Shown here: positions 18,674 to 26,958 of the stretch, piece by piece
Position numbering within the stretch: the first letter of the stretch is position 1
Layout: each line of letters starts with the position of its first letter
From: an uncultured Bacteroidales bacterium
GTDB lineage: Bacteria > Bacteroidota > Bacteroidia > Bacteroidales > UBA10428
NCBI GenBank assembly: GCA_963822145.1
Contig: CAWGGG010000004.1
Location: 1,659,839 to 1,723,838, forward strand
DNA length: 64,000 nt
Direction of reading: 5' to 3'
The notes under the pieces: generated by a model
What the model was told of the DNA's origin: nothing
Database searches by the model: none
Seen by the model: the letters and a program-made list of their open reading frames with translations, nothing else
Made by a program: the position numbers and the translations under genes

Positions 18674-21600
18674 TCATTTAATCTTCATTTCCTTTAAGGC
18701 ATCAAGGTATCCTTCAGTGGTCACCACCCGGGTATTGTATTCCCGGTTGTAACGTTGAAGGACAGGATCAGCCGGATAATAATCCTTTGCACCCGGAGGA
18801 TAGCTTTTCATGCCGTGAAAAGGCAGCGGATCAACGGTATTGCCATGAGCCGTATTCAGATCGCCATCCTTTACCCATCCTACGCTGTGGATCAGGAAAT
18901 CCCTTTTCCATCCGTTCTTCAATTCAGGCAAGATATTGGCGTCGAAGGTAACCGAGGTTTCATCTCCGGCATTGGAAATGATATACTGGTTGTCTGCCTC
19001 TCTGAGCAGGGTTGTTACATCGCCATATCGGGTATAATTGCCGGTCAGGTCCCTCCATCTCGTGTCCTTATCCACGACGGCATAATCAAACCAGTGAGGA
19101 CCGTATCGGCCGCCCTTCCGGTAGGTGTCTGAGAATCCCCGGTAATGGAGATCAGCGCTGACCGGGTCCAATACAGTGGATTTTACAGGGGCGCTGCTGA
19201 CTTCATCTGAAAAGAAAACATAATCCCAGTTAATGTCCATATTGGTCCTGATCCGGATCCGGTGATCACCGGAAAGGAATTTACCGGTAAGGTCAGCAAT
19301 CACCGTTTTATCCTTGCCCATCGGAAAACCAGGATTATCAATAACTGTCTCCCATTCACCCTTCCTGTTAACCACCTGGATGACCGGTGGCATCACTGTA
19401 AGGTTACCCGACTGTGAAAGGGCTACATTGATACTGGCATCCGTAGGGAAGATCCAGCCATTAAGGAAAAGAAACAAGGTTTTACTGCCCGAAAGCCTGC
19501 CAGGATCGAGGATCAGGTCTTTCATCTCCGTAATGCCCTGATATTTGGCGGGTTTATACCCGGCCAGGTAATTATCATCCTTCTCTGAAATGAAGGACAG
19601 TACATCATTCCCCCGGGAATCCCGGGCGGAAACGGGCACCTGCTTCCTGCCTACCTGGTATACCTGGTAGCCGGGAAAAGGCGGTGGTGAAAACTGCTCG
19701 GCGACATAAATATCAACAGAATCGGGATGATCCACAGCAACCAGCTGCAATTTATCGAAGTAAATGGTCTCCCACAGCTCTGAGGTCACCTGGATGGAAT
19801 AAGATCCCTTATTGGGCTTTAGCATTTCACCCGGTATCCTGATATAATCATCGGAGGCCTCGGCAAAAGCATAGGCAGTATTGCCACCCATGATTCCCAG
19901 AGGCATACCGAGAGCGCTTCTCCAGAGAATGTCCTTGGCAAAAACATACTGGCTGCCGTTCCAGGTATACAGGAAGGGACAGGACCCTTTCAGGGTCTGT
20001 GCCTCAATAAGAGCCTGGTCGGTTCCCGGGGAGAAAATGTTCTGGGGAACACCATTCGTCCAGGTAATCCGGATCACATCTGTTTTAGCCCTGCTTCCAA
20101 TACCGAAATGGACATTCGGATCAGTAACCACTGTAGTCTGATAAAGGTCTCCTGAACGCATTTCCACCTTGGCTCCTATGCCAAAGTGATTATTCTTGGC
20201 GCTTCCTGCCTTCAACCCCACCAATTTCATCTTTACATAGTGGTTGTTGTTCCCCCCATCGTTCCTGAACAGGGAAATTCCACCATTTAAACCGGCGATC
20301 AGCAGGTCAAGATCTCCGTCATCATTGTAATCAAAAACAGCAATTTGCCTGCCCGATTTCACCTCAGCCGGGAGCAGATTGGAGACATCGGTAAAACCTC
20401 CCTTACCGTTGTTGTGAAACATGAAAAGTCCCTTCCCTTCAGTTCCTGATGAGCCGGCCACCATCAGATCGATATATCCGTCATTATCGAAATCCAGGAA
20501 AGCAGCATCGTAAACCTTCCCCTGTCTGAGGGGAAGAAAGACTTCCATTCCTTTACTAACACGTTCAAAACTACCATTGCGCAAATTCCGGAAGAGTTCG
20601 GAGCTGCCTCCGTTATCGGAAACGATGAATACATCGAGGTATCCGTCATTGTCATAATCTCCCACTGCTATTGCACTGTTGCCACCGGCACTTTTCAAGC
20701 CGCTTTTTTCCGTTACGTCCTTGAAAATGCCCTGCCGCTGGTTGGAGTAAAGAATGCAACCGGTCTTTTCATTCACCACGATAAAATCGATGTCGCCGTC
20801 CTCGTCAAAATCGCCAAAGGCTGCATCGCGACCCACATCACCACTTCCCGAAATACCCATTTTCGCGGCCTGCTCGGTGAAGGTGCCGTCTGCATTGTTA
20901 CGCAACAAAAGGTTAGGACTGGACCCGGCCTCAAAGATATCCAGGTCACCGTCATGATCCAGATCAAAAAACAGGGCCTTGTTTCCCCCGGTCTTAATCC
21001 CGGCAAGTGCTTTGTTGCTAACTTCCTCAAAATTACCCTGTCCGGCGTTGCGGTACAATACATCACCCCCATCTTTCACGACATACAGGTCGAGAAACCC
21101 GTCATTGTCATAATCCGCAAAACAGGCGTCATATTCTTTACCGGTATGGTTGATGCCTGCCTCAGCGGTAATATCCTTAAATCTTCCCATTTCATTAATG
21201 AGGAGATAGTGCTTATATGTGTCAGAAACAGGATTAAAACTGCCCGCGTAAAGATCAATATCCCCGTCACTGTCAAAATCAGCTGCAGCGACATGTGCGG
21301 TGTTCTCAGTCCCCCTATTCTGAGCCTGCGACCCGGCAGGAATAATATCAAGACCTGCAGAAGCCGAAACCTCAGCGAACCTGATCACCTCCAGAATTGA
21401 CTCGTTCTCGGCTAACTGGGAGGTGGATTGCTGGTCGAAGGTGATGAGCGGAAAACCGATCAGGGATCCGCCAGGTCCTTTTAAATCCACGATGCCGGCC
21501 TGGTAAGGAGAGGTCACTTTAAGATAATTGTGAAAAATCGTAAACTGAATGATCCCATTATCCTTATCATGCTTTTTCAGCAGGGAAATGGTCTTATCAT

Positions 21601-22240
21601 AATAACCTGCTGCTTCCTTGGGAAAATCCGGGAATTGCTTTTGGATCATTTCAAGATGTTCCAGGGCTTTATCGGTTTCTCCCTTCTGGATATAGATTTC
21701 CGTGAGATTCAGCCGTGGCACTAAATTCCCGGGCGCTTTCTCAACCAGCTTAAGCATGTATTCTTCACGCAATTGCCGTGAGGCTTCATCCGCTTGTGTG
21801 GCATAAACCTCGGTAAGATCATAAAGCACCTTAACATGATCGGGAGAAGATTTAAGCGCTTCCTGGAGCTGTGCAATAGCCGCTTCAGGTTTATCTTCCA
21901 TCTTATAGACAGTCGCCAGGATCAGCCTGATGTCAGCATCTTTGGGATCAATTTTCAGACCCTTTAACAGTTGTTCCTCTGCCTCAGGGTACCGGGCCAT
22001 CCTCAGGTATACCAGCCCCAGGTTGGCATATCCAAGTTTTTCCCTGGGAGCCAGTTCAATAAACCTTAAAAACTGCTGCTCCGCTTCTTCATCTTTAAAC
22101 TCCTCCAGGTAAGCCAGACCCAGGGTTTTGATGGTCATCAGATCGGTGGATTTCTGCTTGTCCTTTTCTGCAGGGTTTTTACAGCCTGACTGCAATAACA
22201 TGCAGAGTGCTATCAGAAGGATGGTTTGTAGTGTTTTCAT
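18674..22240 (-). CDS. TPR + FG-GAP/VCBS + ASPIC/UnbV lipoprotein with about 420-aa uncharacterised C-terminal extension (1188 aa)
   Basis: Lipobox (LLQSGC). TPR-like N-terminal third. Repeats DFDSDGDIDLY, DYDNDGFLDLY, DLDHDGDLDIF, DFDEDGDIDFI and others. UnbV-like GIGAKVEMRSG...VHFGIG...IRITWTNG, followed by a long extra region starting GSCPFLYTWNGSQYVF. Confidence 0.85.
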   Translation of the reverse strand: MKTLQTILLIALCMLLQSGCKNPAEKDKQKSTDLMTIKTLGLAYLEEFKDEEAEQQFLRFIELAPREKLGYANLGLVYLRMARYPEAEEQLLKGLKIDPKDADIRLILATVYKMEDKPEAAIAQLQEALKSSPDHVKVLYDLTEVYATQADEASRQLREEYMLKLVEKAPGNLVPRLNLTEIYIQKGETDKALEHLEMIQKQFPDFPKEAAGYYDKTISLLKKHDKDNGIIQFTIFHNYLKVTSPYQAGIVDLKGPGGSLIGFPLITFDQQSTSQLAENESILEVIRFAEVSASAGLDIIPAGSQAQNRGTENTAHVAAADFDSDGDIDLYAGSFNPVSDTYKHYLLINEMGRFKDITAEAGINHTGKEYDACFADYDNDGFLDLYVVKDGGDVLYRNAGQGNFEEVSNKALAGIKTGGNKALFFDLDHDGDLDIFEAGSSPNLLLRNNADGTFTEQAAKMGISGSGDVGRDAAFGDFDEDGDIDFIVVNEKTGCILYSNQRQGIFKDVTEKSGLKSAGGNSAIAVGDYDNDGYLDVFIVSDNGGSSELFRNLRNGSFERVSKGMEVFLPLRQGKVYDAAFLDFDNDGYIDLMVAGSSGTEGKGLFMFHNNGKGGFTDVSNLLPAEVKSGRQIAVFDYNDDGDLDLLIAGLNGGISLFRNDGGNNNHYVKMKLVGLKAGSAKNNHFGIGAKVEMRSGDLYQTTVVTDPNVHFGIGSRAKTDVIRITWTNGVPQNIFSPGTDQALIEAQTLKGSCPFLYTWNGSQYVFAKDILWRSALGMPLGIMGGNTAYAFAEASDDYIRIPGEMLKPNKGSYSIQVTSELWETIYFDKLQLVAVDHPDSVDIYVAEQFSPPPFPGYQVYQVGRKQVPVSARDSRGNDVLSFISEKDDNYLAGYKPAKYQGITEMKDLILDPGRLSGSKTLFLFLNGWIFPTDASINVALSQSGNLTVMPPVIQVVNRKGEWETVIDNPGFPMGKDKTVIADLTGKFLSGDHRIRIRTNMDINWDYVFFSDEVSSAPVKSTVLDPVSADLHYRGFSDTYRKGGRYGPHWFDYAVVDKDTRWRDLTGNYTRYGDVTTLLREADNQYIISNAGDETSVTFDANILPELKNGWKRDFLIHSVGWVKDGDLNTAHGNTVDPLPFHGMKSYPPGAKDYYPADPVLQRYNREYNTRVVTTEGYLDALKEMKIK

Positions 22241-22245
22241 GGTTT

Positions 22246-22261
22246 CAAAATTACAAAATTA
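22246..22261 (-). promoter_or_regulatory. Two tandem TAATTTTG boxes (Bacteroidota -7-type element) just upstream of the 18674-22240 gene
   Basis: The minus strand reads TAATTTTGTAATTTTGAAACC-ATG. Each box fits the TAnnTTTG consensus. No clear -33 TTTG element was seen. Confidence 0.3.
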
Positions 22262-22272
22262 TATGACGATAA

Positions 22273-22300
22273 GTCATGTTGAGCGGAGTCGAAACATGAC
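22273..22300. repeat. Hairpin copy of a dispersed TTCGACTCCGCTCA motif
   Basis: gtcatgtt-gagcggagtcga-aacatgac: 8-bp stem, 12-nt loop, overlapping the stop codon of 22300-23400. The core is shared with 16962-16983 and 40792-40813. Confidence 0.55.
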
Positions 22301-23400
22301 TAGAATCCTGACCCCTTCACCTCCTCTGGCCATCCGTTTTTAATGACCATCAGCTTACAAGAACCCGTCCGATTCCCTTTGTCGTCAAACTTAATTTGTC
22401 CGGTAACCCCTTCAACCTGTATTTCTGACAAGGCCTGCTGAATTTTTTCACGGTCCGGACTGCCGGAAATTCTGATGGCTTCTATAAGGACGTTCATTCC
22501 ATCAAAGGCATATGCAGCAACTCCGCCCGGCATTCTACCATAGGTTTTCTGATAGGCCTGATTGAAAATCCGGCTTTTTGTTATTGAAGACATGGAAGGG
22601 ACCAATAACAGATTGTCAAACTCATGCAATTCCTGCACGGATAATGCATCCTCATTCAGAATCGACAGGGAGCCAAAAAGGGTTTGGTTCATTTTCCTTT
22701 GCCTGAGCAGCCTGACTATTTTTAATGAAACGGAAGGCTGGCAAAACAAAATGATCGCATTGATTTCAGATTTATTAATATGGTCCGCTAAAGCATTTAG
22801 ATTTGTGCTATAATTATTGAAAAGAAATTGCAGGGGCTCATTCTTACCTGACTCCCGAATTTTCTGCAAATAGTTTTTTAATGCCATGTTTGAATCATAA
22901 GTCTGATCCGAAATGACAGCTACCCTGATGATTTTTCTATTATTGTATATTTCATCAATCAATGCATCTGCCTGTTGGCGGTCAGTTGGCACACAGTTAT
23001 AGAACCAGGGGACAAAAGCCTGGGAAAGTGTCGGATCGGATGACCAGGCAGAAACCAAAACAACCGTTGATTTGGTGGCTGCCTGTTCCACAAGGTGAGC
23101 ATTTCGGCCATCATGGGATCCCAGCAGCGCCCATACATTCTCTTCAAAGATGAGGGATACTGCTTGTTTGGACCCAGTCCCCCAGGGTCCTTCCATGCTT
23201 TTTACATGAAGCTGAAACAGCCGGCCTTTTAAGCCCCCTTCTTCATTGGCCATTTTAATAGCCAGTTCTGCACCCTGCTTTGCGGCCAAAGAAGTTTTGT
23301 CCTGGACTAAAAGACCTATTTTTACGGGTTCGGTTTTTTGGGCTGGTAGTGAGAAAGCAAGGAAGATCAGGAAGGATATGAGGGGAATCTTAGAATGCAT
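22300..23400 (-). CDS. Periplasmic binding protein, LivJ/Leu-Ile-Val-binding (type I PBP) family, secreted
   Basis: Likely start is ATG 23400 (MHSKIPLISFLIFLAFSLPAQ signal); the ORF track extends to 23478. LivJ-like layout: VKIGLLVQ...GAELAIKMANEEGGLKGR...LLGSHDG. No ABC permease or ATPase genes are nearby. Confidence 0.72.
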   Translation of the reverse strand: MHSKIPLISFLIFLAFSLPAQKTEPVKIGLLVQDKTSLAAKQGAELAIKMANEEGGLKGRLFQLHVKSMEGPWGTGSKQAVSLIFEENVWALLGSHDGRNAHLVEQAATKSTVVLVSAWSSDPTLSQAFVPWFYNCVPTDRQQADALIDEIYNNRKIIRVAVISDQTYDSNMALKNYLQKIRESGKNEPLQFLFNNYSTNLNALADHINKSEINAIILFCQPSVSLKIVRLLRQRKMNQTLFGSLSILNEDALSVQELHEFDNLLLVPSMSSITKSRIFNQAYQKTYGRMPGGVAAYAFDGMNVLIEAIRISGSPDREKIQQALSEIQVEGVTGQIKFDDKGNRTGSCKLMVIKNGWPEEVKGSGF

Positions 23401-23508
23401 GGTTTTTACTACGAGGTTGTGAAACATCCTCACAGAGGATGAATTATGGTGGAAACTTGAACGAATAAGATCATACAACCCTGAAGGGGTGGAATAATTC
23501 TACGATTA

Positions 23509-24372
23509 TTATAAAATTTCTCTGCCAACAGCCAATGCAATCTTTTTCAGATCCTTCATTAATTGTTCAAATTCAGGCAGGCTGATCGATTGCTGTCCGT
23601 CACAAAGCGCTTCTTCGGGCTTATAATGAACCTCCATAATAAGACCATCAGCTCCGGCTGCCACGGCGGCTTTGGCCATGGTAGGTACCATCCACCGGAG
23701 TCCTGTGCCATGACTGGGATCCACAATTACAGGAAGATGGCTGAGATGTTTTAACATGGGCACGGCACTTAGATCAAGGGTATTCCGGGTGGAGGTTTCA
23801 AAGGTCCGTATGCCTCTTTCACACAATACTACCTGTTCGTTGCCCTGTCTCAGGATATATTCGGACGCCAGCAGGAATTCTTCAATGGTAGCCATCATGC
23901 CCCGCTTCAACAAAACAGGTTTACGGGTCATCCCCACTTCTTTCAGCAGCGGGTAATTCTGCATGTTGCGTGATCCCACCTGAAGCATATCGGCATACCT
24001 GCTGACAACTTCAATTTGCCGGGTATCCATGACTTCCGTTACGACCGGCAAACCCGTTCTGATGCTGATCTCATGAAGCATTTTTAAGCCTTCTTCCCCA
24101 AGCCCCTGGAAGCTGTATGGTGAAGAACGCGGCTTAAAGGCACCCCCTCTGAGTATTTTCGCACCGTTTTTCCTGACGGAAACTGCTGTTTCAGCTAATT
24201 GTTCCATGCTCTCCACCGCGCAGGGGCCTGCAATAATGATCACTTCAGAGCCTCCTATTACAGCATCTTTAACCTTGACCAGTATGGGGTCCGGTTTTGT
24301 TTTTTTATTTGTTTTCATGGGAGCCAAGCATTCAATAATTTCCTGGTCGCTGTTGATTTTTGTTTCCATCAT
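23509..24372 (-). CDS. 3-deoxy-7-phosphoheptulonate (DAHP) synthase, type I-beta (KDO8PS-like) family
   Basis: [57 protein letters not shown] and [10 protein letters not shown] are all hallmark I-beta DAHPS segments. No signal peptide. Confidence 0.88.
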   Translation of the reverse strand: MMETKINSDQEIIECLAPMKTNKKTKPDPILVKVKDAVIGGSEVIIIAGPCAVESMEQLAETAVSVRKNGAKILRGGAFKPRSSPYSFQGLGEEGLKMLHEISIRTGLPVVTEVMDTRQIEVVSRYADMLQVGSRNMQNYPLLKEVGMTRKPVLLKRGMMATIEEFLLASEYILRQGNEQVVLCERGIRTFETSTRNTLDLSAVPMLKHLSHLPVIVDPSHGTGLRWMVPTMAKAAVAAGADGLIMEVHYKPEEALCDGQQSISLPEFEQLMKDLKKIALAVGREIL

Positions 24373-24410
24373 GTTCAGTTTCTAATTCAACCCACTTGCA
24401 AATAGAAATC

Positions 24411-25700
24411 TCATTGTAATTCCTTTTTATAGGGAGGCGCAGGCGAAAACTCAAATTTGCCGTTACTGATTTTTGCCAGATAGATGGGCCTAATATTGTT
24501 CCAGGTCGCATCAAATACCATCTTTCCAGAAGCTCCCTCATATCCCTGGAATGTTTTCAAGTCAGTGAGGACATCGCGGATCAGGACACGATTGAGCCCT
24601 GCCTTTTTTATGGACTCAATGATCAGGTTCATTCCATCATAGGCGTGCACGGCAAAAACGTCAGGCTCCATTCCAAAGCGCTTTTTGTAGTTCAACCTGA
24701 ATGCTGCCAGTTTTGGATCTTTTGAATCGGGATTATATTGACAGGTGGTCATAATTCCATCAGCCAGCTTTCCGGCAATACTCAGGAATTCAGGATTTAC
24801 GATCCTGTCGGAACAGAAGACCGGCTGATTCATGCCCATCTTACGTAAATCCTTGAGAATCAAGGCAGATTCCTTTGGATTTCCCCATATTATAATAGCA
24901 TCCGGTTTTGTATCCTTTATCCGCTGCAGTTGCTCAGTAAATACCGTTTCACCATCTTTGAAACGCTCCTCGATAATAATGGGATAACCCAAACGGGTAG
25001 CGGTTTTATTAAAATGAACGACTCCCACCCTGCCATAACGGTTATTTACCCTGATCACAGCAACCCTGGAATGGCTGTTAAGTTCGAAAATGTAATTTGC
25101 CAGTGCATAACAACTTTGCCGGTCATCGGGAATGACTCTTATCACCCAGGGAATATTGGTCTCAGTAAAGGTAGGATCGGGGTCACCGGTACAAACCATC
25201 GGTATTTCCAGTTTGAGAGTGGCACGAATGGCCACATGGGATACAATATCATCAATTGAACCCAGCCAGGCCCAGACTCCCTCATCGTCCATCTTCACCA
25301 CCTCGTTGGCAGCCGCACCCCAAAGTCCGACATCGTTATGGATCATCATTTTATAAGGAATACCCTTGTACCCGCCTTTTTTGTTGGCCTCCTCAATGGC
25401 CAGCGTGGCCCCCTGGAGCATCTGCTTACCGTAATCAACAATGATCGATCCCTCAAGAGGCCCGAGAAAACCTATCCTGACTTCCTTAAGGTTGGTGGGT
25501 GGCGGTATTTCACGTCCGGCCCCGTAAAACTGCATGGGAGTAAGAAAATGGTATTTGTAGGCCTTCTGGTATTTATCGTAGGCAACGTATGTTTCCGGAA
25601 CATTTCCATAGTTATCGCCATATTGTTGCCCTGAAGTCATTGAAATGGCAAAGAACATCAGCACTAAAGATGTTAAAACTGACTTTACGGTTGGTTTCAT
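24411..25700 (-). CDS. Periplasmic binding protein, LivJ-like (type I PBP) family, secreted
   Basis: Likely start is ATG 25700 (MKPTVKSVLTSLVLMFFAISMTSG signal). VRIGFLGPLEG...GATLAIEEANKKGGYKG...WLGSID fits the LivJ-like fold. Second orphan PBP in the cluster. Confidence 0.72.
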   Translation of the reverse strand: MKPTVKSVLTSLVLMFFAISMTSGQQYGDNYGNVPETYVAYDKYQKAYKYHFLTPMQFYGAGREIPPPTNLKEVRIGFLGPLEGSIIVDYGKQMLQGATLAIEEANKKGGYKGIPYKMMIHNDVGLWGAAANEVVKMDDEGVWAWLGSIDDIVSHVAIRATLKLEIPMVCTGDPDPTFTETNIPWVIRVIPDDRQSCYALANYIFELNSHSRVAVIRVNNRYGRVGVVHFNKTATRLGYPIIIEERFKDGETVFTEQLQRIKDTKPDAIIIWGNPKESALILKDLRKMGMNQPVFCSDRIVNPEFLSIAGKLADGIMTTCQYNPDSKDPKLAAFRLNYKKRFGMEPDVFAVHAYDGMNLIIESIKKAGLNRVLIRDVLTDLKTFQGYEGASGKMVFDATWNNIRPIYLAKISNGKFEFSPAPPYKKELQ

Positions 25701-25741
25701 ATCCATTGTTATTATTTCTATTAGCAATCAGTATAAACAAA

Positions 25742-26929
25742 TTAATTGATCACTTCTCCGCGGCTTAAACCTTTGGAAGTTGCCACCCATATGACATCAC
25801 CTTCTGCATCGGCATTAATTACAAAGCTATGGGCGATGGAAGGAGATATCGGAATCTCTTTTTTCTCATTTCCGGAAGTGATGATCGCCACCCCGCTGGT
25901 GTTGTTTTCATTCCGTTTATAGGTAACCCAGGTCGTACCATCAGTAGTGCTTAATCCTTTATCCGTACAAGCATAGGCAACTCTCCCGTTAACCTGCACA
26001 AAGTTTATGAAATTGCTGGCCAGTCCGCTGTCATGATCAAAGTATCCCTTCCAGTTCTTGCCATCGTACCTGCAAAAGCCAAAGTAGGAGGATACCCAGA
26101 GAACGCCGTTGGCCCAGGCGGTAGCTGTAGTAATATCATGAACAGGTCCGTCATCGGGAAGGAGATCTATCTCCATAAAGCCATCAGGATCAACATAATC
26201 CCTGAAATGCTTGGTTTCCTTGTTATATTCAATTATACCTCCACCCCAGGCTGCAATGAAGATCTTCCCCTGTCCGGCTGAAAGCGCATAGGTCCAGGGT
26301 TCATGCATCGGAGCATTCATTTCGGTGAAGATTTCCCATTCCTTAGTATAGGTGTCATAATGGCCTGCACCGCCCCCTGTGGCCATCCAAACATCCTTAC
26401 CGTCGCATACTACATTGTAAACAAGGTCGTTGGGCATGCCGCTGTTCATCTGGGTGAAAGTTTCAAACTTCCCGGATGACCATCGGTTCAACCCGCCTAG
26501 GGTTCCGATCCAAACATCACCCGTAACCGGGCTGACATCAACCGAAACTACGCCATTATGTGCCAGTCCGTCTTTGGTGGTATAGGTTTTCCATTTGCCG
26601 TTCTCATAAACTGCCAGGCCATGGTGAGTGCCAACCAGCACGCGATCACCATCGATCTTAACCGAGTAAACCTTATCGGAAGGGAGTCCGTCTTGCGTGG
26701 TGAAATTCCGCCAGTTGCCGTATACCGGCATGCCATTGGCCTCTTTTATGGAGGTAGTGGCTGAAGGCCCGGCAACATAATCGCTGTCTGAAGAAGATGA
26801 TTTTTCCGACGGCGGCCTCCCGGTCCCGGATTGGCCCTTTTCCGGTTTTTTTACAAACAATACAGCCACTACTATAATAGCTACAACAACCAGTGCTGCA
26901 ATTGAATATTGGAGAATTCTTGATTTCAT
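25742..26929 (-). CDS. Membrane-anchored beta-propeller protein with two-component-regulator-propeller (Reg_prop)-type repeats, no kinase domain
   Basis: N-terminal TM helix, then a Ser-rich linker. Repeats of the type DGLPSDKVYSVKIDGDRVLVGTHHGLAVYENGKWKTY / DGLAHNGVVSVDV..GDVWIGTLGGLNRW. Confidence 0.68.
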   Translation of the reverse strand: MKSRILQYSIAALVVVAIIVVAVLFVKKPEKGQSGTGRPPSEKSSSSDSDYVAGPSATTSIKEANGMPVYGNWRNFTTQDGLPSDKVYSVKIDGDRVLVGTHHGLAVYENGKWKTYTTKDGLAHNGVVSVDVSPVTGDVWIGTLGGLNRWSSGKFETFTQMNSGMPNDLVYNVVCDGKDVWMATGGGAGHYDTYTKEWEIFTEMNAPMHEPWTYALSAGQGKIFIAAWGGGIIEYNKETKHFRDYVDPDGFMEIDLLPDDGPVHDITTATAWANGVLWVSSYFGFCRYDGKNWKGYFDHDSGLASNFINFVQVNGRVAYACTDKGLSTTDGTTWVTYKRNENNTSGVAIITSGNEKKEIPISPSIAHSFVINADAEGDVIWVATSKGLSRGEVIN

Positions 26930-26958
26930 AGTGTTACGGTTAGGTGATATGTTTATTG

